Shown here: one piece after another, positions 61,701 to 64,000 of the stretch
Numbering within the stretch: the first letter of the stretch is position 1
How the letters are laid out: each line of letters begins with the position of its first letter
DNA from: Ginglymostoma cirratum
Lineage: Eukaryota
Length of the DNA stretch: 64,000 nt
Assembly (NCBI GenBank): GCA_024137785.1
Contig: JAHRHZ010000283.1
Location: 38,041,739 to 38,105,738, forward strand
Direction of reading: 5' to 3'
Program-made: the position numbers and the translations under genes
Notes under the pieces: model-generated
Told to the model about the DNA's origin: nothing
The model's database searches: none
The model's input: the letters and a program-made list of their open reading frames with translations, nothing else

Positions 61701-64000
61701 CTCCACTTTAAGGGGAGTAAGCTGCTTGATGTGCAGATTAGCTGTGTGTTAGCCACATACACACCTGGGCCACCTGCTGAATATACAGCCAGTCATTAGC
61801 ATGTTTCACTCAGGGCTGCACACTACAAGCACCTTGATGAGTAGGCAGTACAAAGTTTGAAAGCTGCCTGCTTCGGTGGGACATGGCTCAGAATAATTGT
61901 GCATTGCAATCCCAGTGCCCAAGTCAGGCCTGATTGACTTTTATTCTCATATTTATATTTGTATAAAGAGATTATTTCAGGTGTTGCTTCATCACTGTGT
62001 CATAATGTAAGTGATATATTTTATTCTTCTTTTTCTGTTCTTTTTGATGTATAGTAAATTTCACATAAACTAATAACTAGTTCCAAAAACTGCTTTGTCT
62101 CACACAGCACCTGCTGTTAACCAAATCAAATCTCCCAATAATAGTGGCTCATTTTACCTCGACATTACAGCCACAATGAGTGTGCTGGGGGTGAGAACAG
62201 TACGAGAACAATTGTTATATAAATAGACATGTTTATGAGGAGGGATAATGCATCAGAATCAGACTACAGTCGCGTACAATTCAAGCTTCTCTTTTTCACT
62301 TTATGGTGTCATTTGAGCTCCCCAATTTAATTGCAGGTTTGTATCTCATTCACAGGTATGTATTATTCCCTGTCTTAATCACTAGTCCTGTCTTTAGACT
62401 TTGTACCATCAGTTCTTTAGAAACAAAAAAAGTACAATCTAGAAAGTTGATCACGCTTGAAAATGGGTGAGCAGGGAGCAGTGCGTGTCTATTACCAATT
62501 CCTAGTGACCATGAGAAATTGGTGCTGGACTTCATCATGATTCCAGAGTGTAGCTCGCAAAAAGTGCACAATCTGTTGGCTGTGTGCCTGCTTGGGGAGT
62601 GGGAAATTAAGCCTCACTGACGCCACTAAAGACAGCCAGCACCTATTAACAGGGAGGTGCACTCTGACTGCAGACAGCAGCGAAACTTGGGAAAAAAAAA
62701 CCTGGAAGAGATCCAAACAGAGCTCCCAGGTTCTCTCATGTCACCTCAAGGGTCTCGGTCTGGTTAATGGATGGGAGGGAGATCCTTCTCCCCTCACTAC
62801 ACCCCACAATGTTGGGAGGAAAATGTTCTTCAACCCCAACAGGAAGATGTGATTGATAGGGGGTTGACATAAGAGCTCAGTCTGCTGCTGTGCATGGCTG
62901 CAATGCTACAGATCAACTTTCTCAGTGTAACAGAAATGCCCCCTTACTCTCTGCTCAAAACTCTCCGATTACAATACTTTTCTACGTGCTTCCTTTCACT
63001 GTCCTCCAACCAATACACCACACTTCACTCCACATCCTTCCTTTTTTTAACGTATTCAATACAATTATTGAGCTCAATTCACCACACTTCACATCTTCAG
63101 TACAATACTCCATATAACCCATTTTACCACTAGGTACCCTCTCCAAACACATTGAGGAATGTCACTAACGTGCTTCCTTCTTTCTTGCAAGATGACATGG
63201 CCTCCAATTTTGCCAGGAAATTAGCACCAGCGCAGACCAAGTCCAGATGATTGTAGAAGAAAACACACTGGCCAACATGGGAGTTAAATAAATGGCGCTG
63301 TTGTGTAGCAACATATGAGGAGATATCTCTCTGTGGGTCTTCACACCATATCATTATTTTCTTTTTAAGCTTCTATCACCCTTCACATTCACACAATAAA
63401 TTACAGCTCATTTTACCAGCTACACGTTTCTCTTCGCTAGCTTCACATTAATTTTCCCTGTCTTATTTGCAGCTGCTTAAGATATGGCAGTACCTCTGCC
63501 ACTTCAGGAAGACCATGGCAACCTTAATATCTGAAGATACAAAGTCTTTAAATCTCAATATAACAAGTCCTAGCTTAGAGATTGACACTATGCATATTAT
63601 AGAGGCAAGTTACAGAAGGGAGTCTTCAATGATGACTTACAAATTGCAAGTGTGTAGGAGCAAAGGAAGGTGAAATAGAATGCTTCAAGGCCCAACTTGT
63701 AGGGGTCCAGAATTAGCTTGGTTTACTGCAGAAGACTCAGGTGCAAACTTCAAGGACTCAAGCTTTTGACAAAGGCAGAGATTTGGCATACCAGGAATTG
63801 CTAGGTGCACAATGCAATGTGGGAGCAAACTCGCACACAATGTTGCAGAGCCTGGAGGCTACTCAAGATCACCAAAGCATGGCCATCTGGAGTATTCTTC
63901 ATAGAATCTCAGCAACTTTTTACCTCCCACACTGCAGCCATTGGAGAAACACTTTCTAAGAATATTTGGTTAGACAACAGAGAATAGAAATCACACGTTG

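Overview
Vertebrate genomic DNA. The repeat content (HE1/V-SINE and DeuSINE-type SINEs, CR1, Rex1/Babar, Penelope) points to a cartilaginous fish, probably a shark. The only host protein-coding gene is Otx2 on the + strand, with three coding exons (14231-14327, 14758-14909, 15570-16193; 290 aa, K50 homeodomain, SIWSPA motif, two OTX-tail repeats) and candidate alternative promoters and non-coding 5' exons at about 10.0-10.3 kb and 12.6-12.7 kb. Otx2 lies in a roughly 25-kb block (about 1.9-27 kb) that is AT-rich but CpG-retaining and almost free of transposons. The remaining 37 kb is a CpG-depleted gene desert with decayed CR1, Rex1/Babar, Gypsy, Harbinger, Penelope and SINE copies, interleaved with motif-dense unique segments that look like enhancers. 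The most notable structure is a TSD-bounded Penelope element (43661-47295) containing a young CR1 and a palindromic, hammerhead-ribozyme-bearing fold-back element that spans the 400-N assembly gap. I found no new protein-coding system; the interesting signals are regulatory, splicing-related and ribozyme/TE-related. All family assignments come from recognising motifs by eye, not from database searches.
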